From: an uncultured Actinomycetes bacterium
Lineage (GTDB): Bacteria > Actinomycetota > UBA4738 > HRBIN12
Reading direction: 5' to 3'
Length of the DNA stretch: 64,000 bases
NCBI GenBank assembly: GCA_963826185.1
Contig: CAWGVY010000002.1
Location: 18,705 to 82,704 of the forward strand
Positions 1 to 9,128 of the stretch are shown here, in pieces. Made by a program: the position numbers and the translations under genes. The first letter of the stretch is position 1, and the number at the start of each line of letters is the position of its first letter. The notes beneath the pieces were generated by a model. The model made no database searches and had not been told where the DNA came from. It saw nothing but the letters and a program-made list of their open reading frames with translations.

Positions 1-109
1 CAGCCGGCTGGCCGTCGGGGGTTCGCACCGAATCGGGCATCGCGAAATGGGCCCGATACATCATGCTGGAGACATCAAGCAGTAAGCGGCGGTGACCGTT
101 GGGCTTCAT
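1..109 (-). CDS. 5'-3' exonuclease / DNA polymerase I N-terminal domain (partial, continues beyond left edge)
   Basis: Reverse-strand ATG at 109 gives MKPNGHRRLLLDVSSMMYRAHFAMPDSVRTPDGQPA. This resembles the usual LLLDGxSLxYRAFFA start of FEN-type 5'-3' exonucleases. Absent from the ORF track because it is truncated by the window edge. Confidence 0.55.
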   Translation of the reverse strand, partial: MKPNGHRRLLLDVSSMMYRAHFAMPDSVRTPDGQPA

Positions 110-155
110 CTCAGATGCCCACGTCCCACGCACCCGGCCGACCCTGGATCGATCA

Positions 156-575
156 TCATTCGCCTGCGTTGGAGCCTTTGGGGATGAACGCGGTGACGGA
201 GATCTCAACGATCGCGTCGGGCGAGTAGAGCTGCGTCACACCGACCGCGGTCCAAGCCGGGAAGGGCTCTATCGTGACGAATTCGCGGTGTATCTCGGTC
301 ATCAGATCGATGTCGCGCCGGAAGTTCACGTGGTAGGTCGTCATCGAGACGACGTCGTTCCAGCTCGCGCCGGCCGCACTGAGCACCTCGCCGACTTCCT
401 CGTAGGCACGCCGCATCTGATCCTCCGGCGAGTCTGCAGACGAGCCGGTACATCCGGCGACGAACAACAGGTCATCAACCTGGACAGCTGGAGAAAGGCG
501 GGTCCTCCGGTACCACTCGAGATCTTCCCCCCATGCGTCGGGTTCGATAGCCCTTCGTTCGTTCATCAGCGACAT
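156..575 (-). CDS. RidA/YjgF/UK114-family protein
   Basis: Last 139 codons of ORF 156..1025(-), starting at ATG 575 (MSLMNERRAIE...LLFVAGCTG...MTTYHVNF...TAVGVTQLYSPDAIVEISVTAF). The upstream 150 codons are Ser/Thr/Arg-rich shadow sequence. Confidence 0.8.
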   Translation of the reverse strand: MSLMNERRAIEPDAWGEDLEWYRRTRLSPAVQVDDLLFVAGCTGSSADSPEDQMRRAYEEVGEVLSAAGASWNDVVSMTTYHVNFRRDIDLMTEIHREFVTIEPFPAWTAVGVTQLYSPDAIVEISVTAFIPKGSNAGE

Positions 576-678
576 CCTCTTGGACGATGGACAGAGGGAC
601 AACCTGAGACGCCCGATGAACGGATCCGCGCGGGGCCGGTACATCGCCACTTCGACACGTCGAGGAGTGATCGGTGGG

Positions 679-1197
679 TCACGCGCCCAACGTATCGGTG
701 GCCGGCCAGGGGAGTTCGAACGCGTCGAGGAGGTTGTCGAGATCGCCCGGAGAGTGCCCGCACTCGGTGAAGTACCGGGCAAGCTCGCTCCGGTGCTGCG
801 TGCCATGGCTGACGATGTGGGACACCACGAGCCATCGTGGCCGCAGGAAGCGAGCGTCAGTTCCCCACGGCTCGGCCAGCGCGTTGTCGTCGAGCGACTC
901 GACGAGCGTACGGAGCCGCGCGTCTTCCTCGAGGCAGAACGCGTGCAGGGCGCCGAGGTCATCGAGCACGTACCCGTGGTCCCACACGTACGTCTCGCCC
1001 ACGTCGTTGCCGATGCAGAACTCACGCCAGCTCCAGTCGACGTCGACGAGATGCCGGATCGTCCGGAAGGCGCTCCCGTGGTCGAGCACCCCAGGCCTCT
1101 GAAACTCCTCGTCGGACAACTCGGCCGCGATCGTCAGGATCCGATCGTTCGCCCAGGCGTGATACCGAACGAACGCGAGCAGGGAGTTGCCATCCAT
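679..1197 (-). CDS. DinB-family (DinB_2) metal-dependent protein
   Basis: ORF 679..1197(-): MDGNSLLAFVRYHAWANDRIL...RHLVDVDWSW...VSHGTQHRSEL. Typical DinB four-helix-bundle His pattern. Confidence 0.75.
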   Translation of the reverse strand: MDGNSLLAFVRYHAWANDRILTIAAELSDEEFQRPGVLDHGSAFRTIRHLVDVDWSWREFCIGNDVGETYVWDHGYVLDDLGALHAFCLEEDARLRTLVESLDDNALAEPWGTDARFLRPRWLVVSHIVSHGTQHRSELARYFTECGHSPGDLDNLLDAFELPWPATDTLGA

Positions 1198-1375
1198 CCG
1201 CCAACCCTAGCGGGGCCGTCGGCTAGCGTCCTTCGGGTCGCCTATGAAGCTCGGTACATGATCGTCACCACACACATCCAGAAGGATCCTGTGGGTCACG
1301 CCGACAGCGCAGCGCACTCCTCGCGCCACATGCACCTTTCTTCGAAGGACCCGCGACTTCCCGGGCCCGAGTCGT

Positions 1376-1468
1376 TCAGCTGTTGGCGCGGTGGCTCCGG
1401 CGACGAGCGATGATGATCGCCGCGATGGCGATGACGACCGTGCTGATGAAGATGACCATGCCGTCCAT
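1376..1468 (-). CDS. Candidate 30-aa hydrophobic peptide (single TM plus basic tail)
   Basis: ATG at 1468 is preceded by AAGGGAGGCAGC (a GGGAGG Shine-Dalgarno 5 nt upstream). Product is MDGMVIFISTVVIAIAAIIIARRRSHRANS, stop at 1376-1378. Too short for the ORF track; it is the tail of the shadow ORF 1376..1978(-). Confidence 0.35.
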   Translation of the reverse strand: MDGMVIFISTVVIAIAAIIIARRRSHRANS

Positions 1469-1594
1469 GCTGCCTCCCTTCGCGCAACTCCACACTTGCA
1501 CGAGGCGGCGGCAACGACGAGGGTCGAACGTCAGTGGTTCAGCAGGACTCCTGCGTGGCCGCGTTGAAGCACCAGCGCATCGTAGAGTCCCCGA

Positions 1595-1869
1595 GTGACC
1601 ATCACCTACACCTGGCGCGGCAGCGTTGCGGATGCGGAGCTGAATCGGCTCCATGCCGAAGCGTTCGACACGCAGCTCTACACGGAGGACGGATGGAACT
1701 GGGTCGAGCTCGGCGCGGCATCGGGACCGAGCTCGTGAAGGTGGCCGTCCAGGGGGCGAGGTCTGCCGGGTGTGGATGGCTGCACGTCGACTTCGGCAAG
1801 CAGCTCCGTCCCTTCTACTTGGATGCGTGCGGATCCTCGCCGACGGACGCCGGTTTGATCGCGCTCTAG
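1595..1869 (+). pseudogene. GNAT acetyltransferase remnant (internal deletion plus frame change)
   Basis: GTG 1595 gives VTITYTWRGSVADAELNRLHAEAFDTQLYTEDGWNWVEL, then stop at 1736. The next frame resumes at about 1711 with RRGIGTELVKVAVQGARSAGCGWLHVDFGKQLRPFYLDACG. That is the acetyl-CoA loop (R-R-G-I-G) and C-terminus of a GNAT. The central beta strands, roughly 40 aa, are missing. Confidence 0.5.
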
Positions 1870-1892
1870 GGCAAAGGCTCCCACGCCCGGAA

Positions 1893-2768
1893 CTAGAGTC
1901 CTGCGATGGAGCGCACCGGCGTCCGCGGGCCGAACCGGGGAGCGCTCCGTCCCCCCGCCTCCAGGAGCCGTTGCACACGGCCCCGGTGTCCTCGATAAGG
2001 CTCCAGGAGTTCCAGCATGCGCTCGTCGGTCCCTCGGGGCTCGCCCGCCAGGGTCCAGCAGACCAGGTGCGGGAGGTGGTAGTCGCCGACCGAGACCGCG
2101 TCGGGGTCGGCCATGGCCAGGCGGGTCACCTCGGCCGCGGTCCAGGGTCCGATCCCGGGCCACGCTTGCAGTCGCTCCCTCGCCTCGGCCGCGGGGAGCC
2201 GGTGGAGCTCCTCGATCTGGGCGGCCTGCTCGCACACGCGGCGGATCACCTCGGCGCGGCGGCGTTCCACCCCGAGGGGGTGGAACGCGAAATAGGGAAG
2301 CTCAGCCACCCGACCGGGGTCGGGTGGCAGCCGGAGCTCGGGCGCCGGGCCCGGTGCGGGCTCGGAGGTGCGGAGCACCAAGCCTCGCCATGCGCGCCGC
2401 GCCTCGATCCCCGTGACCTTCTGCTCCAGGATGGCGGGGAGGAGCGCACGCAGCAGGTCGCCCGTGGTGGTGAGCCTGAGGCCTCGGTTCCGACGCCACA
2501 GCGTGGCGACGATCCCGTGCTCGGGCCGGAATCCGGGGGCGGTGTCGTGGGCGCCGACCAGGTCGGGCGCTTGGCTGAGCGCTCGCTCGGCACCGGGACC
2601 CCAGGACTCGGCTCGGATCACATCGCCATCGGCCCATAGATGCAGCGTGGCTGGGCCCTCGGCGGTTCTGGTCGTCCACCACGCCTCGCAGGCGTCGATC
2701 CGGGTGGTGGGATCGTTCGGTCCCCTTCGCAGCGGGAACAACGTGCGCTGCCAGGTCGACCGGTCCAC
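1893..2768 (-). CDS. DNA-3-methyladenine glycosylase II (AlkA-like, HhH-GPD superfamily)
   Basis: ORF 1893..2768(-): ...LLPAILEQKVTGIEARRAWRGLV...LQAWPGIGPWTAAEVTRLAMADPDAVSVGDYHLP... Helix-hairpin-helix plus catalytic Asp context. Confidence 0.8.
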   Translation of the reverse strand: MDRSTWQRTLFPLRRGPNDPTTRIDACEAWWTTRTAEGPATLHLWADGDVIRAESWGPGAERALSQAPDLVGAHDTAPGFRPEHGIVATLWRRNRGLRLTTTGDLLRALLPAILEQKVTGIEARRAWRGLVLRTSEPAPGPAPELRLPPDPGRVAELPYFAFHPLGVERRRAEVIRRVCEQAAQIEELHRLPAAEARERLQAWPGIGPWTAAEVTRLAMADPDAVSVGDYHLPHLVCWTLAGEPRGTDERMLELLEPYRGHRGRVQRLLEAGGRSAPRFGPRTPVRSIAGL

Positions 2769-2828
2769 CCTCCGGCACGATCGACTGGGTCGCCACGGCC
2801 ACAGGGTACGCTCGCTATGGCGGTCCGT

Positions 2829-4256
2829 TCAGCGAGGCAGGTAGCGCGCCATCGCGAAGCCGCCGCATGGTGCAGGATCCGCTCCGATCTCCCCGATCGC
2901 GAGGACCTTATGGTCGGGTTGGATGACGACGGCGTCGATCCTCGAGCTGCAACGCTTCCCTCCGAATCCGGTCGTGACCTTGCCGTCGCCGCCGAAACTC
3001 GGGTCCAGCCGGCCGCCGTTCGTGAGCCGGATCAGGGCGAAGTCGGTGCGTTCGGGCGCACCCTTGCGCATCCCTTCCCATCCGGCCGCGACGATCCTCC
3101 CGTTCGACTGGATCGCGACGTCGAACGCGGCATCAGCACGGTTCCCCACGTGGAACAGCGTGGTGACCCTACCGTGGCGACCGAACATGGGGTCGAGGGC
3201 TCCGTTCAAGCGGAACCGGGCGACGACGAAGTACGGGCCGGGGAGCGCTCCGACCTTCGGCGCGCACCCTTCCATACCCGCGGCCACGATCTTCCCGCCG
3301 GGCTGGATCGCCACGGCGTGGGCCATGGGCGAGCCGCCGCAGAGCCGGCTGTGGAGGTGCTCGATCACCCTCCCGTCGCCCCCGAACGTCGGGTCGAGGG
3401 TGCCGTCGCTCTCGGTAGCGAGCGAGGGCGAATCCAGGCTCCGTGGCGTGGGGGTCGTCGATGGAGTCATCGGCGGAGGTGCCGGCCACCACGATCTTGC
3501 CGCCCCCGGTCAGGGCCACGTCGGCGAGGTTGTCATAGCCGGGAGTGAAGTTGGTTCGGATCTGTCCTCCGTGGCCGAACGTGGGGTCGAGGCTCCCGTC
3601 GAGGGTGTACCGCGCGACCGCGTACCGGTAGTCGAGCAAGGGGCCGCTGGGTCCCGCAGCGAGCGATGCCGGCGGCGATCACCTTGCCGTCGGGCTGGAT
3701 CGTCGCGGCGTTCGCGTACCCCGTGCACGTCGCGCGCGGCCCGAAGCTCGTGAGGAGCTTCCCATCTCCGCCGAAGCTGGGGTCGAGATCGCCATCGGTG
3801 TCGTAGCGGGCCAGCGCGAACAGTGCCCGCGTGCAGTAGGACAGACCCACGGCCACGATCTTGCCGTCGGTCTGGACGACCACATCGTTGGCCATGTCCC
3901 AGCAACCGGGGCCGGTGCGGAACGGGGTCACGACCACGCCGTTCGCGCCGAACGAGGTGTCGAGGCTCCCGTCGGTCTCGTACCGAGCGACGGCCATGCG
4001 CGGGTTCGCGGGAAGTGTCCGCCAACGCGCCGGCCACGACGATCTTGCCGTCGGTCTGAAGCGCCACGCTCGTTCCTGAGCCCGCGCCCGTGGTGACCAC
4101 CTTCCCACCGTGGCCGAACGAGGGATCGAGGTCGCCACCTGCGGCGGCCGCAGGCGGCGCCACGGCGACCGAGGCAGCCATGAAGGCAGCCGTCACCAGC
4201 GGGAGCATCCGGGTGCACGAGCGACGAAGCAGGATCCACCGGGATCGCTCGACCAT
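2829..4256 (-). pseudogene. Secreted delta-60-repeat protein, split by at least 3 frameshifts
   Basis: Four overlapping minus-strand ORFs (3510..4322, 3533..4138, 3169..3639, 2829..3470) each carry the repeat unit DG(S/T)LDP(S/T)FG..G...(Q/A)(P/T)DGKIV(A/V)AG...(F/Y)A(L/V)ARY. The N-terminus has a signal peptide (MVERSRWILLRRSCTRMLPLVTAAFMAASVAVAPPAAAA). Frame changes at about 4015-4025, about 3640-3644 (a G4/C4 run) and about 3414-3418. Confidence 0.75.
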
Positions 4257-4402
4257 CCTGTCCTCCCTTTTCGATGTGCTGGGACCTGGCATAAGCAGTT
4301 CCATCTGCTGTTCGCCCTTCATGTTCGCGGCCAGAGCCGGGTCTGGATGAGGGCCGAACGACCCCTCGCCTGCGGGTCTATCTCCGCCGGCGGGATGCGA
4401 GG

Positions 4403-5221
4403 ATGGGTGGGCCGCCCATGACGTACGCCCTGAACTCGCTTGACACCAGCCGGGTCTACTTCGAGGACGATGGTGGCGCAGGCACCCCGGTCGTGATCCT
4501 CAGCGGATGCCTCGACCCCCTCGACCTGGTGCGAGCCTCGCCGATCGCCCAAGCCCTGCAGGAGCTATCCGAGGAGTTTCGGCTCATCTACGTCGACCAC
4601 CGCGGTCACGGGCGAAGCGACAAGCCGCACGACGCGCGGTCGTACGCCATGCCCTTGCGGGTCGCCGATGTGGTGGCGGTCCTCGACGTTCTCGGCATCG
4701 AGCGAGCGGATCTCGTCGGCATCTCCTGGGGGGGAAGCCTGTGCTTCGGGATCGGAGAGCACGCGTCGGAGCGCGTGCGGTCGCTCACGATCATCGGTCA
4801 GCAGCCATACGAGATCGACCCAGAGGGTCCACTCACCCGTGTCGTGGGAGACGCACTGGCGGCATCTCAGGAGCAGGGCATCGAGGCGCTCGTCCAAGCG
4901 TTCGAGTCCATCGTGGGTCCCTACCCCCAGTCCGTGCGGACGAAGTACCTCGCGAGCGACGCGGCGGCGATGCGGGCTGCCTACAGCGCCGCGATGGCTG
5001 AAGGACCGATCAGCGAGGAACTGGGAGCGTGGGACGTCCGATGCCTCATCTGCTTCGCGGCGGACGACATGGACTTCTTCGATCAAGCGCGACGCGCGGC
5101 CGAGGAGATCCCCAACGCGAGCTTCGTCTCGATCGAAGCCACGGACCACTTCGGGATGGACACGGCCGGGGTCGATCCCGTTCTACCCAGCGTCCTGCGA
5201 ACACTGCGGACCACGAACTGA
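4403..5221 (+). CDS. Alpha/beta-fold hydrolase
   Basis: ORF 4403..5221(+): HRGHGRSD motif, nucleophile elbow GISWGG, C-terminal ...ATDHFG. An alternative start at ATG 4418 is possible. Confidence 0.8.
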   Translation: MGGPPMTYALNSLDTSRVYFEDDGGAGTPVVILSGCLDPLDLVRASPIAQALQELSEEFRLIYVDHRGHGRSDKPHDARSYAMPLRVADVVAVLDVLGIERADLVGISWGGSLCFGIGEHASERVRSLTIIGQQPYEIDPEGPLTRVVGDALAASQEQGIEALVQAFESIVGPYPQSVRTKYLASDAAAMRAAYSAAMAEGPISEELGAWDVRCLICFAADDMDFFDQARRAAEEIPNASFVSIEATDHFGMDTAGVDPVLPSVLRTLRTTN

Positions 5222-5325
5222 GCATCGGTGTTGCTTCGCGCGTCCATGAGCGCCCCGACTAGGCTGCGTTCCGTGCCGACCGTCTACGACCTCTCCCTCG
5301 AGACGCTCGACAATCGGATGCACGC

Positions 5326-6333
5326 ATGGGGCAACCGGGGTACCGCGCGAGCCAGGTGTGGCGGCAGCTGTGGAAGCGAGCTGCCACCTACGGTGAGATG
5401 ACCGATGTTGCTCCGGCGCTGCGTGAACGCCTCGCACATGAGCTGCCGATCGGGGTCGACGTGCTGGACGAGCGGGCGGCGGACGGTGGTGCCACGCGGA
5501 AGTCGCTCTTGAAGCTGGGCGCGAAAGGCCACATCGTCGAGGTCGTGTTGATGGGATATCCCGACCGGGTGACGGTCTGCATCTCGTCGCAGGTCGGGTG
5601 TGCCATGGACTGTGGCTTCTGCGCGACGGGGCAGATGGGACTGATGGGCAACCTGACCGCCGGCGAGATCGCCGCGCAGGTCGTGTGGGCAAAGCGCGAA
5701 GCGGCGAACCTGCCGGACGCGACGCCCCGGCGTCTCAGCAACGTGGTCTTCATGGGCATGGGCGAGCCGCTCGCGAACTACACGAAGGTGCGCGACGCCA
5801 TCACCAAGCTCACGGATCCCGCGGGGATGCGCATGGGTGCCCGTCACATCACCGTGTCGACCGTCGGGCTCATCCCAGGGATCCGGCGGCTGGCCGACGA
5901 CCATCCACAGGTAGGTCTCGCGGTGAGCCTGCATGCGGCCGACGACGCCACGCGCGACGAGCTCGTCCCGATCAACCGTCGGTACCCGCTCGCGAAGCTC
6001 CAGGCCGCGATACACGACTGGCGATCGATCACCCACCGCCGGCCCTCGATCGAGTGGGCGATGATCGAGGGCGCCAACGACACCGACGAGCAGGCATCGT
6101 TGCTCGTTCCGATCGCTCGCGGGCTGGGCGCGCACGTCAACCTGATCCCGCTCAATCCCACGCCCGGCTGGCCGACGCAGCCCAGTCCGCCCGAGCGGAT
6201 CCGCGCCTTCGTGCGCGTTCTGAAGGCGGGCGGGGTCAACGTCACGGTGCGTGACACCCGAGGCAGCGACATCGATGCGGCGTGTGGACAGCTCCGATGG
6301 GAGTACGACCGCTCGGGGGTCCTTCGGGCCTAG
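5326..6333 (+). CDS. rlmN: 23S rRNA/tRNA (adenine-C2)-methyltransferase RlmN (radical SAM)
   Basis: ORF 5326..6333(+): radical-SAM CAMDCGFCATGQ, MGMGEPLAN, C-terminal DIDAACGQL. The conserved N-terminal segment (VPTVYDLSLETLDNRMHAWG, from GTG 5273) lies in another frame. This implies a 1-nt indel near 5329-5333. Confidence 0.9.
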   Translation: MGQPGYRASQVWRQLWKRAATYGEMTDVAPALRERLAHELPIGVDVLDERAADGGATRKSLLKLGAKGHIVEVVLMGYPDRVTVCISSQVGCAMDCGFCATGQMGLMGNLTAGEIAAQVVWAKREAANLPDATPRRLSNVVFMGMGEPLANYTKVRDAITKLTDPAGMRMGARHITVSTVGLIPGIRRLADDHPQVGLAVSLHAADDATRDELVPINRRYPLAKLQAAIHDWRSITHRRPSIEWAMIEGANDTDEQASLLVPIARGLGAHVNLIPLNPTPGWPTQPSPPERIRAFVRVLKAGGVNVTVRDTRGSDIDAACGQLRWEYDRSGVLRA

Positions 6334-6365
6334 GGAGTCGTGAGTGCCGCCGGCCGGCGATCCGT

Positions 6366-6707
6366 TTACGTCGCCTCGCGGTCCTTCCGCTTCTTCGGAT
6401 CCAGCCCCTTGCCGATCCACCCGAGGGCCACGGAGAACAGCACCACGAACGTGGTGACCAGCAGCATCACGCCGACCACGATCACCACGGGGTTGACGTG
6501 GTCGGGTGCGGACCCGATCCATTTCACGATCGCGTAGACGCTCACCAAGGTCCACACACCCACGACGAGCAGCACGGGGAGCAGGGCATACATCACGAAC
6601 GCGGTGCCGCCGAGCGCCATACCGAGGCCGCCCTTCTCAGGGATCTTCGGCGTGCTGGAGGGGGTGACGTGCGCCGGTTCCAGCGGTCGCTCCTGGGGGA
6701 CGGTCAT
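6366..6707 (-). CDS. Small integral membrane protein (3 predicted TM), function unknown
   Basis: ORF 6366..6707(-): three hydrophobic stretches and a basic tail KKRKDREAT. No family recognised. Confidence 0.6.
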   Translation of the reverse strand: MTVPQERPLEPAHVTPSSTPKIPEKGGLGMALGGTAFVMYALLPVLLVVGVWTLVSVYAIVKWIGSAPDHVNPVVIVVGVMLLVTTFVVLFSVALGWIGKGLDPKKRKDREAT

Positions 6708-6770
6708 GCGTCACAGTATCCACCACGGACGGCCGGTTCCGCAGGCTCACCGGCGGTAGCCTCCAGCACC

Positions 6771-7571
6771 ATGAACGACATGGTGCGTCTGGTTGACGTC
6801 GAGGTCCGCGTGGTCGGGTCGGGCGCGATCCTCGGCCCGGTCTCGCTACGCGTCCGCCCCGGTGAACGCTGGGTGCTGCTGGGCCCGAACGGGAGCGGGA
6901 AGACGACCCTCCTCTCGGTGGCCGGAGCGTGGCGACAGCCCTCGGCGGGAGCCGCTTGGGTCCTGGGTGAGCGCCTCGGCGGCACGGACGTGCGACGCGT
7001 GCGTGAGCGGATCGGACACGTTGGGCACACCATCTCGGAACGCCTTCGTGGCGGGTCGTCGGTGCGGGACGTGGTCCTCACCGGTCGTTCATCCACCCTC
7101 GAGACGTGGTTCCAGAACTTCGGCGAGGGCGAGCGAAGAGAGGCCGAGCACCGCCTCGACCAGGTCGGGTGCCTGGCGATGGCCGATCGAGCCTTGGCAA
7201 GCTGCAGCCAGGGGGAGCGAGCTCGCGTGCTGCTGGCTCGGGCGCTGTTCGGTCGTCCCGACCTGCTGTTGCTCGACGAGCCAGCGGCGGGGCTCGACCT
7301 GCCGGGGAGGGAAGCGCTGATCGCCGCGATGGAGTCGACCGCCGCGGATCTGCACGGACCGACGAGCATCCTGGCGACCCACCATCTGGAGGAGGTTCCC
7401 CCCAGCGCCACGCATGCGGCACTGCTGCGCGCGGGACGGTCCGTCGCGGCCGGGCCGATCGAGGCGATCCTCACCTCCGAGCGGTTGACGCAGGCGTTCG
7501 GGATGCCCATCGCGGTGGACCGTCGGTCCGGCCGGTGGACGGCGATCGCCATGCGTGGGCACCCGGACTGA
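6771..7571 (+). CDS. ABC transporter ATP-binding protein (stand-alone, YlmA/ModF-like)
   Basis: In-frame ATG 6771 inside ORF 6282..7571. Walker A GPNGSGKTT, signature CSQGERARV, Walker B LLLLDEP, H-loop ATHH. No adjacent permease. Confidence 0.85.
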   Translation: MNDMVRLVDVEVRVVGSGAILGPVSLRVRPGERWVLLGPNGSGKTTLLSVAGAWRQPSAGAAWVLGERLGGTDVRRVRERIGHVGHTISERLRGGSSVRDVVLTGRSSTLETWFQNFGEGERREAEHRLDQVGCLAMADRALASCSQGERARVLLARALFGRPDLLLLDEPAAGLDLPGREALIAAMESTAADLHGPTSILATHHLEEVPPSATHAALLRAGRSVAAGPIEAILTSERLTQAFGMPIAVDRRSGRWTAIAMRGHPD

Positions 7572-7589
7572 GGGCATCTCCGCAGGTCA

Positions 7590-9128
7590 GTGATGGTACG
7601 TTCAGGCGTCGTGCGACCCCTGGACGGCTCCCGTTCCGCCACGCGTGCCGTGGTGCTCGTCATCGCGGGCTTGCTCCTGTTCGCCATGTTCGCCGCCACC
7701 CCGGGCTCGCCGTTCCAACCGGTGTTGCCCCGAGGGGCTGAGCCCGCCGGTCCACTCCGCTGGCTTGGAGGGATCGCTGGGTTCGATCGGCTGACCGGAT
7801 CCTGGTTGATCGCCACCGGGGTGGCGCTCGCCGCGCTCGCCGTGATCGCGTTCCTGCTCCTGCTTCGTGAGGCCTGGCGAGGCAAGGTCTCCGTGCGGAC
7901 GGTCGTGATCCTGACGGTGGCGTCGAACCTGCTCGTGTTGACGCTACCGTTGCTCTTCTCTCGTGACGTCTACTCCTATGCGTTCTACGGCCGCATCGCG
8001 GGCGTGTACCACGCGAACCCCTACGTGCTGACGCCCGTGGCCTTCGCACACGATGCCCTCTGGCCGTTGGTGGGCCCGAAGTGGGTGGACACACCGGCGG
8101 TGTACGGGCCTCTGTGGACGACGATCTCCGGCGGCCTCGCCCGTCTGTTACGCGACCCGTTGGACCTGGTGGGCTCCTTCCGATGGATCGCCGTGGCCGG
8201 CAGCCTCGCGACGGTCGGCGTGATCTACGACACGGTGAAGCGTCTCTGGCCCGAGCGGGTGACCTTCGCCGTGGTGGCGTTCGGCTTGAACCCGGTGGTG
8301 CTCTTCCATTCGGTGGCCAGCGGCCATAACGATGTTCTGGTTGGCCTGGCGGTCGTGGGCGCGTTCGCGCTGCTGATCCGCGAACGTGAGTTGCCCGCGA
8401 TCGCCGTGCTCTCGCTCGGGGTCCTGGTGAAGGCGACGGTGCTGGTCCCGCTCCTCCTGGTGCTGGTGTGGTGCGTGTCCCGACGTCCCAAGGTTCTCCG
8501 CTGGCGCACGGCCGCGACGCACGTGGGGTTGTCGGCCGCCATCGGGCTGGCGTTCGCCCTCCCGTACCTGCAGACCGATGACCCCACCCTGGGGATGGTG
8601 GAGCTTGCAGGACACGAAGGTTGGCTCGCGCCCTCGGTGTTCATCCGGAATCAGGTGGAGCTCGTGAGTTTCCACACGCTGGGCTGGACCGCCCGGGTCG
8701 CCTTCGGCTTGCTGCTCGTCATCTCGGTCGCGGCCCTGGTGCGCGCGGTTGCCAGGCGCGCACACCGGGCCGACGTTCGTGAGCTCGGCGCGGCGATGGG
8801 GTGGTCCCTGGTGCTCGTCATGTTGCTCGGTCCGGTGCTGCTGCCGTGGTACGCGGCGTGGGTGCTCCCGCTGGTGTGGCTCCTCCCCAGGGCGCCGCGC
8901 GTGGCGGTGATCGGGGCCGGCGTCGCGCTGCTGCTCGCGCAATGGTCCACCGAGCCGTTGCGCTATCCGGGGGCGTTCAGCGTGAACCTATGGATCGGGC
9001 ACTGGATCGTGATGCCGGTGATCACCGGTCTGCTCGTCTGGGTCCTGGTCGATCTGCGGCGCCGACTCCGGTTGGGCCTTGCCCTGCACGATCAGGAGCC
9101 CGTACCCCAGGCCGCCGGCCACCGCTGA
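7590..9128 (+). CDS. Polytopic GT-C-type glycosyl(mannosyl)transferase, DUF2029/GT87-like
   Basis: ORF 7590..9128(+): more than 10 TM segments and an N-terminal loop SRDVYSYAFYGRI...NPY typical of polyprenol-phosphate-sugar dependent mannosyltransferases. Confidence 0.6.
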   Translation: MMVRSGVVRPLDGSRSATRAVVLVIAGLLLFAMFAATPGSPFQPVLPRGAEPAGPLRWLGGIAGFDRLTGSWLIATGVALAALAVIAFLLLLREAWRGKVSVRTVVILTVASNLLVLTLPLLFSRDVYSYAFYGRIAGVYHANPYVLTPVAFAHDALWPLVGPKWVDTPAVYGPLWTTISGGLARLLRDPLDLVGSFRWIAVAGSLATVGVIYDTVKRLWPERVTFAVVAFGLNPVVLFHSVASGHNDVLVGLAVVGAFALLIRERELPAIAVLSLGVLVKATVLVPLLLVLVWCVSRRPKVLRWRTAATHVGLSAAIGLAFALPYLQTDDPTLGMVELAGHEGWLAPSVFIRNQVELVSFHTLGWTARVAFGLLLVISVAALVRAVARRAHRADVRELGAAMGWSLVLVMLLGPVLLPWYAAWVLPLVWLLPRAPRVAVIGAGVALLLAQWSTEPLRYPGAFSVNLWIGHWIVMPVITGLLVWVLVDLRRRLRLGLALHDQEPVPQAAGHR

